A stretch of DNA of 64,000 nucleotides from Malacoraja senta (GCA_038087875.1 CM075994.1:3040001-3104000); one strand, 5' to 3'; numbered from the stretch's first letter, positions 1 to 13,615 are shown. Numbers and translations: made by a program. Notes: generated by a model from the sequence alone, not told the origin.

Positions 1-157
1 TCAGCGCGTGAGGCAGCATCTATGGAGCGAAGGAAATAGTCAACATTTCGACCCGAAACGTTGCCTATTTCATTCGATCCACAGATGCTGCCTCGCCCCC
101 TGAGTTTCTCCAGCATTTTGTCTATCTTCGATTTTCCAGCATCTGCAGTTCCTTCTT
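1..157. repeat. Palindromic short interspersed repeat (Penelope-LTR-derived / MITE-like hairpin)
   Basis: Arm aggcagcatctatggagcgaaggaaatag is the imperfect inverse of ctatttcattcgatccacagatgctgcct, centred on tttcgacccgaaac. Related copies recur near 5945, 8525, 13825, 25935, 27670, 30870 and 50360. Confidence 0.6.
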
Positions 158-162
158 ATAGA

Positions 163-800
163 ATAGTCCCAATTGCCTGCGTTTGGCCCGTATCACTCTA
201 AACCTTTCGTATTCATGTATCTGTCCAAGTGTTTTTTAAATATAGTTATAGAACCTGCTTCAAACACGTCCTCTGGCAAATCGTTCCATATACCCACGAC
301 CATCCGCCTGAAAAAAATGCCCCTCAGCCTCCTATTTGCTATTTCCTTCTCACCATGAACATTTGTTTCCGGCTTCTTGATTCCCCTATTCTGGGAAAAA
401 TACTGTGGATCTTCCATATATATTCCCCGCATTATCAAACACACCTCCATAATACCATCTGTTAACATCCTACGCTTCAAGGGATAAAGTTCTGGCCTGC
501 CCAACCTCTCCTTATATTTCAGGCCCTCAAATTCAGCCAACATACTCGTAAATCTTCACGGTACTCTTTTAATCTTAACAATATCTTTCAAATAGTATGA
601 TGACCACACATTGGCACAATACTTCAAATTCGGCCTCGCCCACGTCGTATATAACAGCAGCATATAATCGCAACATCCATACTCAATACCCAGACTATTA
701 AAGGAGAATATGCCGAAATCCCTCCAGAACACCTTATCTAACGGTGTTGGCACCAACAAGGCACTATGTACGTGGTGTCCTAGATACATCTACGCTGTAA
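163..800 (-). mobile_element. Degenerate CR1 LINE 3' fragment (RT C-terminus)
   Basis: ORFs 556-789 (LYTTWARPNLKYCANVWS) and 193-543 (YKERLGR...RMVVGIWNDLP...FKKHLDRYM) match the CR1 ORF2 C-terminal motifs seen in better-preserved copies in this window. Confidence 0.85.
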
Positions 801-2762
801 AAACTCTCTGGAGCCAATGGTTAATATGTTCAATTCCCTTAATATCGTTTCAAAATATGCAGCATGTCTATATTCTGCCTCCGGCTTTCTTCTTGTGAGC
901 GCATCTAGTAAAGGCGCTGCACAATTGGACTCGATCGTGGGCATGGTCAACTAACCCTCGAACATACATCCGGAGAGCTAATATAATGTACTCCAGATCC
1001 CAAAATCTACTGTGTCTTGTGTCTCAAACATATAAAATTTGCCAAGTTTAGCGGTAATATTAGGTCGCCGATTTTTCCTATATGTAAAAGAAAATAGCTG
1101 ACGTCGAGTCTTCGCCTCCCTTGAAAAGCTGGCACTGTTCTGTTCCATTCTGCAATGTGGCTCTAAATGGAAGAAAAACAGACGTCTACGCGTAGCGGGA
1201 AACATCACTTAGATTAGTTACATGACAGCAATAAACACAAGGATGTAAAGTTCACACTCCATATCCCGGAACGAGTATGTAAACAATACAAGAGGACGAT
1301 TTGTACAAGTTATTAGGATTATACGTTGCGATAAGAATTAGACAACACTTAAAGTAGGGTTGTTTTTTTTACCATACCTTACATCTAGCTTCGTATGCAC
1401 GAAGATGACAATAATTAATGGGCAGTACATTTTATGTCAGTCATCCTTTCGATGACCAATTTATTGTATCAGCAGTCCTGAGACTTCCATGTCTGGACAT
1501 AGGAACAGGGGAGTTAGACACTGACTAGTCGACAAATGCATTTCGCTTACAGCCCTTCGGCCTTTACCAGATTTGTTCAATGTGACCATTGCTTTCAAGA
1601 AATAAAGTGGCGTCAAGTATTGTCCCTGATACCTATTTAATAATGTTATATTATTAATATTCCCACCGCGACCCCCTATTACCCCATTCCTCCAGTTCCC
1701 TTCTGCCTACATTCCGGTTTCCGCCCTCACGGTTTACGCATCCTCACTCCTTATTACATATTAATTTATTATCACTTCATGTACGCCTAAACCTATTGCT
1801 TCACTTTCATCTCTGGTTTTGTCCAGGCATCTGCCAAATGCCCCTTAACTAATTCTACGTATCCCTTGGTTCGGCTCTCAGCTCTCGTCCAGGCTTCTCC
1901 CCTTCTATGACCGTTCTGAAGACGAATGCATGCAAGGGATGGTGCCCAAACACCCGAGTGAAACAGGCAGTCTGTATTTTTGCTCGATATTCCAGCATAG
2001 TGAATCCCTAATGTCTAATTAATAGTTTTGTAAATAGTTTCTGGTAAATTATTTGAAAGTATTTGTTATATTTGCTATGGGACTTCGTTAAATATGTTTA
2101 CATTCTTGAAAAGTAACGGCTAGACAGATGATTTTAAGTTTTAAAGAAAATGTGTAGAGGCCGTTCGGACCCGAGTATTCTGCAAATGCTGCTCCTGATG
2201 CAATCAGTCGCATGAGTGCCCTGAACATAAAGTCGATTCCGCATAAAACGGAACAGTGCATGGTTTTATCTGGACAAGCAAGGGAATGGAGATGGCACGT
2301 GAATGGAGGAAAGGGCAGTTTGCGTATTTTATTGAACTATTATTCGAAAGCATGGTTACAATTATGTTGAAAATATGTTTGGAACAGCATTTTAAATTGT
2401 CTCAATCCAAATGAGTGTTGATTTTTATATACTGCAGACAACGTAAAATATACTAATTCAACCAGCCTATTATGTGTATGGTACTTTCAGGTGTAATTCT
2501 TGATTGGTCATATTAATGTTCTAACATTCGGTAATCGATTTCGTCCAACAATCTTCCCCAAAAATCTAATTGTCCAAAGCCCACTATTTTGCAATTTTGT
2601 GTCATTTTTTTATTACAGTTATTACCTTCTACTTCCGTAAATGGATGAAACATGGATACATAATGTGATAAAATACTATTTAGTTTTTTAGAGTTTATAT
2701 ATTTTTTATTTTCCATACTGGGCCATCACAAATATATATATATATACATATATGTTTTCTAG

Positions 2763-2789
2763 ATACCAAAACAGACAATTGTATAGCAG
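2763..2789 (+). CDS. Putative micro-exon, 27 bp, phase 1-1 (DTKTDNCIA)
   Basis: Acceptor ttttctag, donor CAG|gtgatg; open frame. Confidence 0.45.
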
Positions 2790-3233
2790 GTGATGTAATT
2801 ATTGGAACGTTTTAACTTATTTCCTTCTGATAATTTGCTCTGAAAAGTTTTTAAGACTTTCGCATTCTGAAAAGTACCGATAGCTCGTTGGACAGCTGAC
2901 GAAAACACCAGGTGTTAGATATATGACGCAAAAATATATAACTAAAATTATTAGCAGGGCCACTAATATTTCAATGGACTGATATATCTACCTACAACTT
3001 AGTAGTTATTTCATTCCCACAGTTACTCATCTGAATTGCCAAATAATTTGAGCATATGGTTTCCTTTCAAACGCAAAACTCCGCGCACGCAGCGAATTGT
3101 TGGTCAAGTGCCCCTCAATACAGTCGGATATGTGGTTCTGTGCTGCAGCGCAGATGTTCCGCATGGCATAAAATGAGAGGAGTGTTTTTTCTCTTCTTCT
3201 TTCAATGCAAATTCACGCACTTTGTCCTTTTAG

Positions 3234-3257
3234 ATCAGTGTCGCCTCGCACAAGGAA
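3234..3257 (+). CDS. Putative micro-exon, 24 bp, phase 1-1 (DQCRLAQG)
   Basis: Acceptor ctttgtccttttag, donor gtaatt; open frame. Confidence 0.5.
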
Positions 3258-3884
3258 GTAATTGCTGGACTGCTAAAATAATATTCTGACTATCATCGGT
3301 TTACTTCTCCCAATAGTATCGAAATTGAATAAGTGGAAACGCAGTGAAAGCCAGGAGGGGGTTATCTGTGCTTTTCGTTAGTGCTTTGTTTATTCTCGTC
3401 CCGGTTGGCGAGGGTGCCTGTGACATTTTCCTGTGAGTAACGCACTCAATAAATGTATTCATATCTTCAAAGGAAAGTCTCGCAGAATCGAAATGCCTAT
3501 TGTTGCTTACAGCAAAAACAATGTGATTGCCAATGGCACATTAGATAGGACAAACATCAAACAAGATATTGTATCTGATGATTGCAAAGCAGGACATACA
3601 GACAGACAGAGAATTTAATTGGCTGGGATAACCGAAAGATATGATGAAATGTGAGCATTTCTCGGTCCAACACGCGCATAATGTTTACATCATGGCGTCA
3701 ACATTCATAATGCTGAAGGATGACGACACTGTCTATTGCAAGTAGAGGTGGGTGCAGGCTTATAGTCAATTTTGATCGGCAGAAAATTAAAAATAGTTTG
3801 AATATCACCGTCTTTCAACAATTGTGATTAAACATATATGTGTGAAACAAAGTTACTGAAATACGCTTGCACTTATAATTTCAG

Positions 3885-3920
3885 AAATGCAGACTCTGAA
3901 AGGGAAATTGGGCATAACAG
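3885..3920 (+). CDS. Micro-exon, 36 bp, phase 1-1 (KMQTLKGKLGIT)
   Basis: Acceptor ataatttcag, donor CAG|gtaaat; open frame. Confidence 0.7.
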
Positions 3921-4076
3921 GTAAATATATACTATTCAATTGCATAATTGAAATGATAGTAAGTAGCTTACAATTTGTGGCATGATTTATGTTCTTTTTA
4001 AAACACAGTTGTCGATGTTCTTCCTGTATACCTAAAACATGTCTTTCATTAATTTGAAAAACAATTAAACGTTGAT

Positions 4077-5702
4077 ACTTGTCAAGTCTAGTCAAGTCAA
4101 GTCAAATCACTTTATTTCTGTAGCACAGTTAAAAAACAACTCTCGTTGACCAAAGTGCTTTACATTGGTGGAGGTACTAACGTTATACAACATTGGTTCA
4201 TAGATTACGTACATACAGAAATACATACACATAGCCCTCACTCAGAGGACGTCAAGAAAGGCTCGACAGTAAAGGTCAGATTTAAGTCTCGACTTAAAGG
4301 AGTCGATGGAGGGGGCAGTTCTGATGGGAAGAGGGCTGCTGTCCCACAGTCTAGGAGCTGCAACCGCAAAGTCGCGGTCGCCCCTGAGCGTATGCCTAGA
4401 CCGCGGGATTTTCAGTAACCCCAAGTCGGCCGATCTGAGGGACCTGGAGGTGGTGTGGTGGGTATGCAGACTCTGATGTAGGTGGGGGCAAGCCCGTTAA
4501 GGGCTTTTTAGACATAACGGAGGATCTTTAAATTTATTCTGAACCGCTCAGGAAGCCCGCGGAGAGAGGCCAGAATCGGGGTGATGTGGTCCCTTTTTCG
4601 TGTGCACGTCAGGAGTCGCGATGCGGCGCTTTGGACCAGTTGCAGGCGGGACAGGGAAAATTGGCTGATTCCAGTGTAGATGGAGTTGCAGTAATCTAGG
4701 CGGGAGGAGATAAACGTGTGGATGATCTTTTCGTGGTCGTCAAATTGGAGGAAATGTTTTAATTTAGCTATCGTCCGAAGCTGGAAGAAGTTAGCTTTTA
4801 CCACGGCATTGACTTGTTTGTCAAATGTCAATGCTGCGTAAAATATCACACCAAGGTTTTTGACGTGAGGTTTGAGTAATGGGGTAAGGCTTCCAAAACT
4901 GCCTGCTATCATGTTGATTCAGTCCGAGGGGCCGAGAAGGATGGCTTCAGACTTACTCTCGTTCAGTTGGAGGAAGTTCTGAACACTTTATATCCTCGAG
5001 GCAGCGGATAAGGTTGAGCAGATTTGATCGGTTTTTGGGCTTCAGGGGAGATAGAGTTGTGTATCAACCGCGTATCAATGGAAGGAAATGCCTTTGAATG
5101 ACGGCCTAAGGGGAGCATATTCAGGCAGAAGAGAATGGGGCCAAGGATGGAAGCTTGTGGAACCCCACAGCAGAGGCTAGCTGGGGAGGAGAAAGATTTG
5201 CCTATGTTAGTAGAGAAACTCAATTTGAGGTAGGGGATGAACCAGCTCAGGGCCGTGGCATCAATACCAAACCCGTACCGGAGACGGTCAATAAGATGGT
5301 GTGGTCGACAGTATCAAATGCTGCGCTGAGGTCGAGAAGGAGCAGGATTGCACAGTCGCCGGAGTGAACGGTGAGCAGTGGGTCATTATGTACCTTCAAC
5401 AAGCCAGACTCTGTGCTGTGGTGGGCCCTGAAACCTGATTGGAAAGTTTCCAAGATAGTATTTAGGTGAAGGTATGGTAGAAGATGACTTAAAATTAATT
5501 TTTGAAGGACTTTTAAAAGGAAAGGCTGTTTTGACATGGGTCTGTAGTTGCTTGGCAAGGTGGGGTAGGGTTAGGTTTTTTCAGGATGGGCTGGACCACC
5601 GCATGCTTGAAACAGGAAGGAACAGTTCCAGTGGCCAGAGAACTGTTGAAGATGGCGAGGATGCTGGGACCAGCTATTGTAATGGCATCCTTTAGAAGGG
5701 CA
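4077..5702 (-). mobile_element. 5'-truncated L2-clade LINE
   Basis: Motifs FQSGFRAHHSTES, LLDLSAAFDTVDH, GVPQASILGPILF, FISSRLDYCNS and AVAAPRLWDS; 3' tail of (TTGAC)n with AATAAA on the minus strand near 4080-4117. Confidence 0.9.
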
Positions 5703-5944
5703 AAGGTAATTTTTGTTGGTACTTATACAAACAAAACTGATATCGTCCAATCACTTATATCTGCACATGCACTATAATATGACCTTCATACCTCCGGAAT
5801 CGTTACCATTAATAAATCACTCCTTCATTTTAATTTGTTATATTTTTTAAAGTCTCTCTTTATCAGTCGTCTAAGACTATCAGAAAACGTTATTATTTTA
5901 AACGAAACCCGAATCTAAGATTGACAGAATATTATGGATTATCT

Positions 5945-6175
5945 AAGCGGGTCGGGCTTCATCTCTAGAGAAAAAGCGTAGGTGACGTTTCGGATCGGAA
6001 ATCTTCTTCAGACTTAAACCTGAAATCCTTGGTATCCTACCCTAAATTTATATTTTCTCTCGAGATGCTGCCTGACACAATGAGTTGTTTTAGAGATGCT
6101 ACGTGTCACGCTGAGGTACTTCAGCCTGTTTTGTCCATCTTCTGTATAAAACAGCATCTGGAGATCCGTTCAGCC
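5945..6175. repeat. Penelope-associated palindromic repeat with a hammerhead-like core on the minus strand
   Basis: Reverse complement of 5981-6014 reads agtCTGAAGAagatttccgatccGAAACGTCacc; gatgctgcctgac arm downstream. Confidence 0.55.
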
Positions 6176-6282
6176 CAGACTGTAAGCTGTATGCCTTTTA
6201 GTTATTTATTCTGGACTTCAGTATACAGTGGCATGAAAGCGCCCTAACTTTTGCTTTATTTATTGTATACATGCTACAACAG

Positions 6283-6306
6283 AGGAGGAGCTGAAAAAAA
6301 AAGAAT
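6283..6306 (+). CDS. Micro-exon, 24 bp, phase 1-1 (EEELKKKE)
   Basis: Acceptor caacag after a T-rich tract, donor gtgagt. Confidence 0.7.
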
Positions 6307-6412
6307 GTGAGTTTATTTAGAGTGCAAGAATGATTGACAATCTGATTGTCTTATCACTTGAGGATACATGTTACAATTTTAAGTGCAATAAACCGACGAC
6401 TGTATATTTCAG

Positions 6413-6451
6413 CTACCATTTTGGAGCTTCAGAATAAACTAAAGACCACCG
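6413..6451 (+). CDS. Micro-exon, 39 bp, phase 1-1 (STILELQNKLKTT)
   Basis: Acceptor tatatttcag, consensus donor G|gtaagt. Confidence 0.75.
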
Positions 6452-6909
6452 GTAAGTGAGAACAATAATGAAGTCCGTTGTTATTACTGACAACAACAAC
6501 AAAAACGTTGTCCAAATAACATAGGTGATTGTAAAATGTATCTCAGCTCGCACGTTAGACAACGTCAGATCTATAAATCAATACAATTGCAAATTGTTTA
6601 CATTTTGTCAAATGATTACGAATGTGCATGCAACATCAGGGAATCGTATCTTTTCTCCTACCTCCGCACGTCAACGACCCTACACACTTGTGGGCGCAGG
6701 TTGCTTTTTGTAAGCCCTTTTAACGCCTTCTCCCAATTACTTTCCCGTAGCGCAAATTTATCATTCTGCCATTTGTCACCAACACTATCGCTAGGTACCA
6801 CAGTTACTTGACTCACCAACCACTTCGCACACGGACTGTCGTTATTGAATTTCAATTCTATAATTTACAAAAAAAAAATCTCTGAATGTCATACGATTTT
6901 CCTTCTTAT

Positions 6910-7232
6910 AAACAATAGACAATAGACAATAGGTGCAGGATTACGCCATTCGCCCCTTCGAGCCAGCACCGCCATTCAATGTGATCATGGCTGATCATCC
7001 CCCATCAGTACCCCGTTCCTGCCTTCTCCCCATATCCCCTGACTACGCTCTCTTTAAGAGCCCTATATAGCTCTCTCTTGAAAGTATCCAGGGAATCGGC
7101 CTCCACCGCACTGAGGCAGAGAATTCCACAGACTCACAATTCTCCGTGTGAAAAAGTGTTTCCTCACCTCCGTTCTGAATGCCTTACCGCTTATCTTAAA
7201 CAGTGACCCCCTGGTTCTGGACTCCCCCAACA
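6910..7232 (-). mobile_element. CR1 3' end fragment
   Basis: Reverse complement of the CR1 3' UTR (atgatcagccatgatcacattgaatggcggtgctggctcgaaggg) with a (CTATTGT)n tail. Confidence 0.9.
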
Positions 7233-7496
7233 ATTCTTCTTATTTACTGACTTTATATTCAAGTTAAATCTGCAACAAAATGTCCGGGGAACGTATCTAG
7301 ATGGGAATTTTTGTTGGGAAACTGTAAGGAAATAAATCGCACACAAGAGGGATTTATATGCGCTTCACAAACAGATTTGCTAACACCGACGTTTCAGCTC
7401 ATAGCATCTCCTGTTTGAATCGTGCAAATTAAAGAATGGAAAGGGTGAACTAACCACAAGCTGTTCATATCATTCACTTCCATTTAATTTCAACAG

Positions 7497-7520
7497 AAGA
7501 TAACTTGGCAAGCAAAGAAG
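7497..7520 (+). CDS. Micro-exon, 24 bp, phase 1-1 (EDNLASKE)
   Basis: Acceptor tttaatttcaacag, consensus donor AAG|gtgagt. Confidence 0.75.
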
Positions 7521-8258
7521 GTGAGTTTATGGAAATGAATGTGAAGTGGGAAATATGATTTACAGTATTCTTGATAAACTGCATAGAATAATCGGTGACC
7601 TTGCTTCAGCACGGATGTTGTCTACTTTAACCTGGTTTCCCAACCGAGGCAGCAAGTAGACTATTTTAAATTATTGTTGTCTATTGCCTAGATCCATCTA
7701 AAGAAAATCAATTTAGTTGCAGGCATATGGCAAATATGCTATCCCTTTTACACTTTTAAATAAACATCTGCAAATATGTTAAAATGACAAGGTGTTGTGG
7801 TGGAAATGCTTATCCAGAACCAACGAGTAACGTCAAAATAAACAGTCGAAACCTATAATCTATAACGGCCAGAAACCATTTAACGCCAGGCGAGTAAAAA
7901 CAACGCAAATAAATTGCAATTCATACCGTTGCTAGAAGATGGATCTGTATTTTGTTTAATGTTTTAATTTTTTAATTTTTTATATAAATCAGATATTCCG
8001 TGATTTTTCAAGATGAATGTATTTATTAATAACAATGAAATCTTATTTTTCTAATTTATTTTCTTTATTTCTTTATTTTTCTTATCTATAAATATAAATA
8101 AATAATTAGAGGCAACGTTAATATGTAACCGATAAAGGAGGATCCCAGCTACTTTGGTAACTGGGTACCCGGAACCCTGCATACTTAATATGTAATCGTT
8201 ACAGAAAGTTTGTATTGGGTTGGACTATGATATGCAGATACCTCTAATTTAAAAAAAT

Positions 8259-8262
<4 letters not shown>

Positions 8263-8352
<90 letters not shown>
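8263..8352. repeat. (TA)n microsatellite
   Basis: Direct observation. Confidence 0.98.
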
Positions 8353-8794
8353 GGTGATTGTAAAACAATTGCGAATTGATTAATAACACATTGAAGAGTG
8401 ATTTACTCTTTGGAGTAACATAAGTTTAAAAGCATAATTTATTGAGATATATCCTTCTGAAGCAAAGGCCTGGAAGCGCCTCAAATTAGTCCAACAGAAT
8501 CAATATCATCTGTCAGTTTGACTTAAAACGCTGGAGTAACGCAATGGGTCAGGGAATAATTCTGAAGAAAAGGAACATGTTACCTTTCGGGTCGGACCCC
8601 TTTTTCAGATTGTACAGATTGATCAGACCAAATACAAACAGCCAGAAGAAAGCACCGAAACGTCAGCAATTACATTTCTACAGAGACGCTGCCTGACGTG
8701 CGGAGGTTCTCCAACATTGTGTGTCTCTCTTCGGTATAAGCCACCATCATTATTCCTTACCAACGCATCCACTGTCAGTATTTTTGCTGTTTGT

Positions 8795-11370
8795 AGAAAT
8801 AAGAGAGGAATTGACAAATAGGGGGTATAAAGATGGAGTTGAAGGGGAAGTGACTACAGGAAAAATTACAAAAGATTCTAGAATTAATGGGAAGGAAAGT
8901 TCGAGAATGGACAACAGAGTAAGATCAGCGCCAATGGCGAGCGGTGCGAGGGGGGAGTGAATACGGAGGTCAAAGTGCTGTATATGAATGCGCATAGTAT
9001 AAGGAATCAAGTGCACGAGCTTGAGGCTCAGTTAGAAACTGGCTAATATGATGTTGTGGGAAGTACTGAGACATGGCAGCAAGAGGGCCAGGGTAGCGAA
9101 CTGAATATTCAAGGGTATACCTCCTATCTGGAAGAAAGACAGATGCGCAGAGCGGATGGGGTTGCCCTATTGGTGAGGAATGAAATGCAGTGCATTGCAA
9201 GTGGTGATATTGAAACAGGAAATGTGGAGTCAATATGGATAGATCTAAGGAATTTTAAGGGTCAAAATACCCTAATGGGACTAATCTGCAGGGCCCCATA
9301 CAGTATCCTGGACATAGGGCGCAAGATGAACAGGAGTTAAAATTGGCATGTACAAAAGTAATGCTGTGGTTGTTATTGGAGATTTCAACAGGCAGGTAGA
9401 CTGGGAAAATCAGGTTGGTACTGGACCCAAAGAAAGGGACTTTGTAGAGTGCCTTCGTGATGGAATATTAGAACAACAGCTTGTATTTGAGCCTACCAGG
9501 GAGAAGGCGATTCTGGATTTAGTGTTATGTAATGAACCGGATTTGATAAAGGACCTCGACGTTAATGAGCCATTAGGAGACAGTGACCATAACATGGTCA
9601 GGATTAACCTACAATTGGAGAGGGAGAAGGATAGGTCGGAGGTGTCAATGTTGCAGTTGAATAAAGGGGACTATGGGGCCATGAGGGGGGAGCTGCCCAA
9701 AATTGACTGGAAAGATACACTACCAGGGATGACTGGAACAAAAATGGCAGGTATTTCTAGGAATAATCCAGAAGGTGCAGGATCAGTTCATTCATAGGAG
9801 GAAGAAAGGGACGACCATGACTGAACAGGGACGTCTGAGACAGTATAAAAATTAAAGCGGAGAAGTAGAACGTAGCAAAGATGAGCGGGTAGCAAGATGA
9901 TTGGGTAATGTATAAAGAACAACAGAGGATAACCAAAAAGACAGTACGGGAAGAAAAGGTGATGTACGAAGGTAAGCTAGTCAAGAATATAAAGCAGGAT
10001 AGTAAAAGCTTCTTTAGGTATGTGAAGAGGAAAAAAATAGTTAAGACCAAAGTTAGTCCCTTGAAGACTGAAAAAGGTGAATTTATTATTCGGAACAAGG
10101 AAATGGAGGATGAGTTGAACATGTAATTTGGATCTGTCTTCACTAAGGAGGACACAAACAATGTTCCTGATATTGTAGTGGCCAGAGGATCTGGGATGAG
10201 GGAGGAACTGAGGGAGATCCACATTAGGCAGGAAATTGTGTCGGATATACTGATGGGACTGAAGGCTGATAAATCCCCAGGGCCTGATGGTCTGCATCCC
10301 AGGTTACTAAAGGATGTGGCTCTAGAAATCGTAGATGCATTGGTGATAATGTTCCAAAGTTCTGTTGACACAGCAGCAGTTCCTGTGGATTGGAGGATAG
10401 CTAATGTTATCCCACATTTTAAGAAAGGCGACAGAGAGACAACAGGGAATTACAGACCAGTTATCCTGACATCGGTGGTGGGGAAGATGCTGGAGTCAAT
10501 TATAAAGGATGATATAACCGAAAATGGACAAGGGTGAGCAAGTGGATGTAATGTACCTGGACTTTCAGAAATCATTTGAAAAGGTCCACCATAGGAGATT
10601 AGTGGGAAGAATTAGGGCACATGGTATTGGGGGTACAGTGTTGACATGGATAGAGAAGTGGTTGGCAGAAAGGAAACAAAAAGTAGGGATTAACGGGTCC
10701 TGTGAACTGTGAGTAGGATGCTATGAGAATGCAGGGTGACAAGGACTGGTTGGGGGAGTGGTCGGATACATAGTCGATGAAGTTAAATGAGGATAAATGT
10801 GAGGTTATCCAATTTGGTAGCTAAAACAGGAAGGCAGATTACTACAAAGGGGAAGTACAACGGGATCTGGTGGTCCTTGTTCATCAGTCTATGAAAGTAA
10901 GCATGCAGGTACAGCAGGCAGTGAAGAAAGCGAATGGCATGTTGGCCTTTATAACAAGATGAAACGAATATAGGAGCAAAGAGGTCCTGCAGTTGTACAG
11001 AGCCCTAGTTTCGAAGGATGAGAGGGGATTTCATTGAAACATATAATATTGTTAAGGGTTTGGACACGCTAGAGGGAGGAAACGTGTTCCCGATGTTGAG
11101 GGAGTCCGGAACCAGGGGCCACTGTAAGAATAAGGAGTAAGCCATTTAGAACGGAGACGAGGAAACACTTTTTCTCACAGAGAGTGGTGAGTCTGTGGAA
11201 TTCTCTGTCTCAGAGGGTGGTGGAGGCAGGTTCTCTGGATGCTTTCAAGAGAGAGCTAGATAGGGCTCTTAAAATTAGCGGAGTCAGGGGATATGGGGAG
11301 AAGCCGTGAACGGGGTACTGATTGGGCATGATCAGCAATGATCACATTGAATGGCGGAGCTGGCTCGAAG
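8795..11370 (+). mobile_element. Degenerate CR1 LINE (ORF2 endonuclease and RT, with stops and deletions)
   Basis: Motifs VIGDFN, LGDSDHNMV, KSPGPDGLHPR, NYRPVILTSVVGK and LDFQKSFEKV; CR1 3' UTR near 11330. Confidence 0.92.
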
Positions 11371-12120
11371 TCGGTTTGCTGTACATTTATTCTGTCAGCA
11401 AATAAAATGTTGGCATGCTCAGCAAAGATTTCTGACACAGCCACTGTCTTTCAGTTGATTGAAAATTGTACAATTTGCCACAATGAAGAGGCGATTAGCA
11501 TTAATTAATTAATCGAGTGGTAATGGCAAAGATCACACTTTCAAGCTGCGGCTTGGCATGGACCTGGTCACATTTCCTCCAGATCCACATTTATGCTTTG
11601 GTTTGACATCTGCAGCTTTTATGGTACCTATTCAGTTGGCGTTATGAATCATACGCATATGTTCTGCGAATACGAAAGAAAACGCAAAAGTTGCATTAAA
11701 CATTAAACATTTCGCAATCGTTGACTCACCTTGTATGGACTCAGAACAAGTTTGCAATCGTGTGCAAACTCGATTTCGGAACACGCCGTCAATTTGTTCA
11801 GGCAGTCCCTTACAATGGCTAATTAAAAATAAACACCCCACACACTATTTTACTTATTTGTAATGGCAATTTAATTTGATTGTGTACTGCAGGAGTCCCC
11901 AGGCCACTAGTATCCATTTTTACTTGGATATCTGTGTTATATTTTAATGCGTATTCATTGTCCATCCAATTCACATTGAACTTATTTTACCATTGTCAAA
12001 AAACTTTTGAAAGCTCATGAATTATTCTTCAACTTTTCCAGGGAAATTGTTGAAAACATTATACTGTACTACTACATACAGGACACGGTGCAGGTCTGCG
12101 CCAATTATTTAGTTCCAGTC

Positions 12121-12531
12121 GTTCAGCATTTCCGAGAAATGTTCCTTAGACCGTTAGTCTACACCCAAAACAAAATTCGGAAATAAATCTGCAAGCAATG
12201 TTATGACTTCCTGCGGGATGTTAACAGGTCCACTGGACCAAATGACATTCTTCCCTGTTCAGCATTTCCGAGAAATGTTCCTTAGACCGTTAGTCTACAC
12301 CCAAAACAAATTTCGGAAATAAATCTGCAAGCAATGTTATGACTTCCTGCGGGATGTTAACAGGTCCACTGGACCAAATGACATTCTTCCCTGTTCAGCA
12401 TTTCCGAGGAATGTTCCTTAGACCGTTAGTCTACACCCAAAACAAATTTCGGAAATAAATCTGCAAGCAATGTTATGACTTCCTGCGGGATGTTAACAGG
12501 TCCACTGGACCAAATGACATTCTTCCCTGTT
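12121..12531. repeat. Tandem repeat, 3 x 136 bp, near-identical
   Basis: Unit gttcagcatttccgag...gacattcttccct starts at 12121, 12257 and 12393. Confidence 0.95.
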
Positions 12532-12881
12532 AGACAATGTTTCCATGACATTTAGAAAAACGATTGAACGTGAACACATTAATTTCCTGCAACTGACCTT
12601 ATTTTGACCATGCATAACGATTACGTATTCCCATGAAATAAAGTGAACAGATCGCGCTGACCTCCATCAACGTAAGGGAAGATGACCTGTCAATATAAAA
12701 TTGAATTACAATCAAAATCACGTTATCTTCTTTACAGTATAAATTAATCCGATCGCAAGATCATCCATATTTCAATGAAAACTTGTTATTTCCTAACGTT
12801 GGACGTTCTTCACCGCAAATGCGTACAGTAATTATAATGCGATAGCTAATTGGCACATATGCATCGCTATTATTATTCTAG

Positions 12882-12908
12882 GGCTTAAAAGAGACCTCAC
12901 AGGCATCG
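12882..12908 (+). CDS. Micro-exon, 27 bp, phase 1-1 (GLKRDLTGI)
   Basis: Acceptor tattattctag, donor G|gtaagt. Confidence 0.7.
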
Positions 12909-13339
12909 GTAAGTAATATAAATTGTACAGGAACTCCTTAACATGCATTTCATGCTTATGCACAGTTCAAATTCATCTTAATGTCAATCGTCAATCGTCT
13001 GGCGGAAAATTGCAGTTATCGAGAAACGTTAGGTTTCTGTCCACCCGTATTGTAAAGTGGTTTATCTCAAATCGTCCCTAAAATTCTATGTAAACTTCAC
13101 CTATGGTTTCTCGCAGCACAATTCGCGCGCGCATGCACACGCACACACACATATACAAACATACATGGCCAGCGCAAATCAGAGCAGTTGAAATATGTTG
13201 TTAGGAGAGTGATTAACTGAAAATCACGTTCGTGAAGATTGTATTATGACATGGCGGAAGAATGAGCAGGAAGTCCGAATCAACCATCCATCTGAACCTC
13301 AGGTTGCCTAGTTAATGGGGCATCGAGAATCAGATGAGA

Positions 13340-13615
13340 TTGGTTTAAGGATAGGGGGGGATGTTTAAAAGGAACCTGAGGGGTAACTTTTTCAACCAAA
13401 AATATGGTGGGTGAATGAAACGAGCTGCCAGAGGAGGTAGATGTTACATGTATTATCGCAACTTTTAAGAAACATTCGACAGGTATATTGGTAGGACACG
13501 TTTAGAGGGATATGGACCAAACGCAGGAAGGTGGGACTAGTTTAGGTTAGACATGTTGGTCGGTGTGGGCTTGTTGGAGCGAAGGATCTGCTTCGACATT
13601 GCTTGACTCTGTGAC
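13340..13615 (+). mobile_element. Old CR1 3' fragment
   Basis: gaggggtaactttttc...gagctgccagaggaggtag...tttagagggatatggacc resembles the CR1 ORF2 end and 3' UTR. Confidence 0.75.

Noticed and set aside
3433..3618. ORF or terminal exon GKSRRIEMP...RQRI*
   Set aside because: It lies between micro-exons, has a modest acceptor and no recognisable similarity. It cannot be supported, although an alternative last exon is not excluded.
12121..12531. CRISPR-like array
   Set aside because: Whole units repeat with no unique spacers, and the context is eukaryotic. The same applies to 40471-41112.
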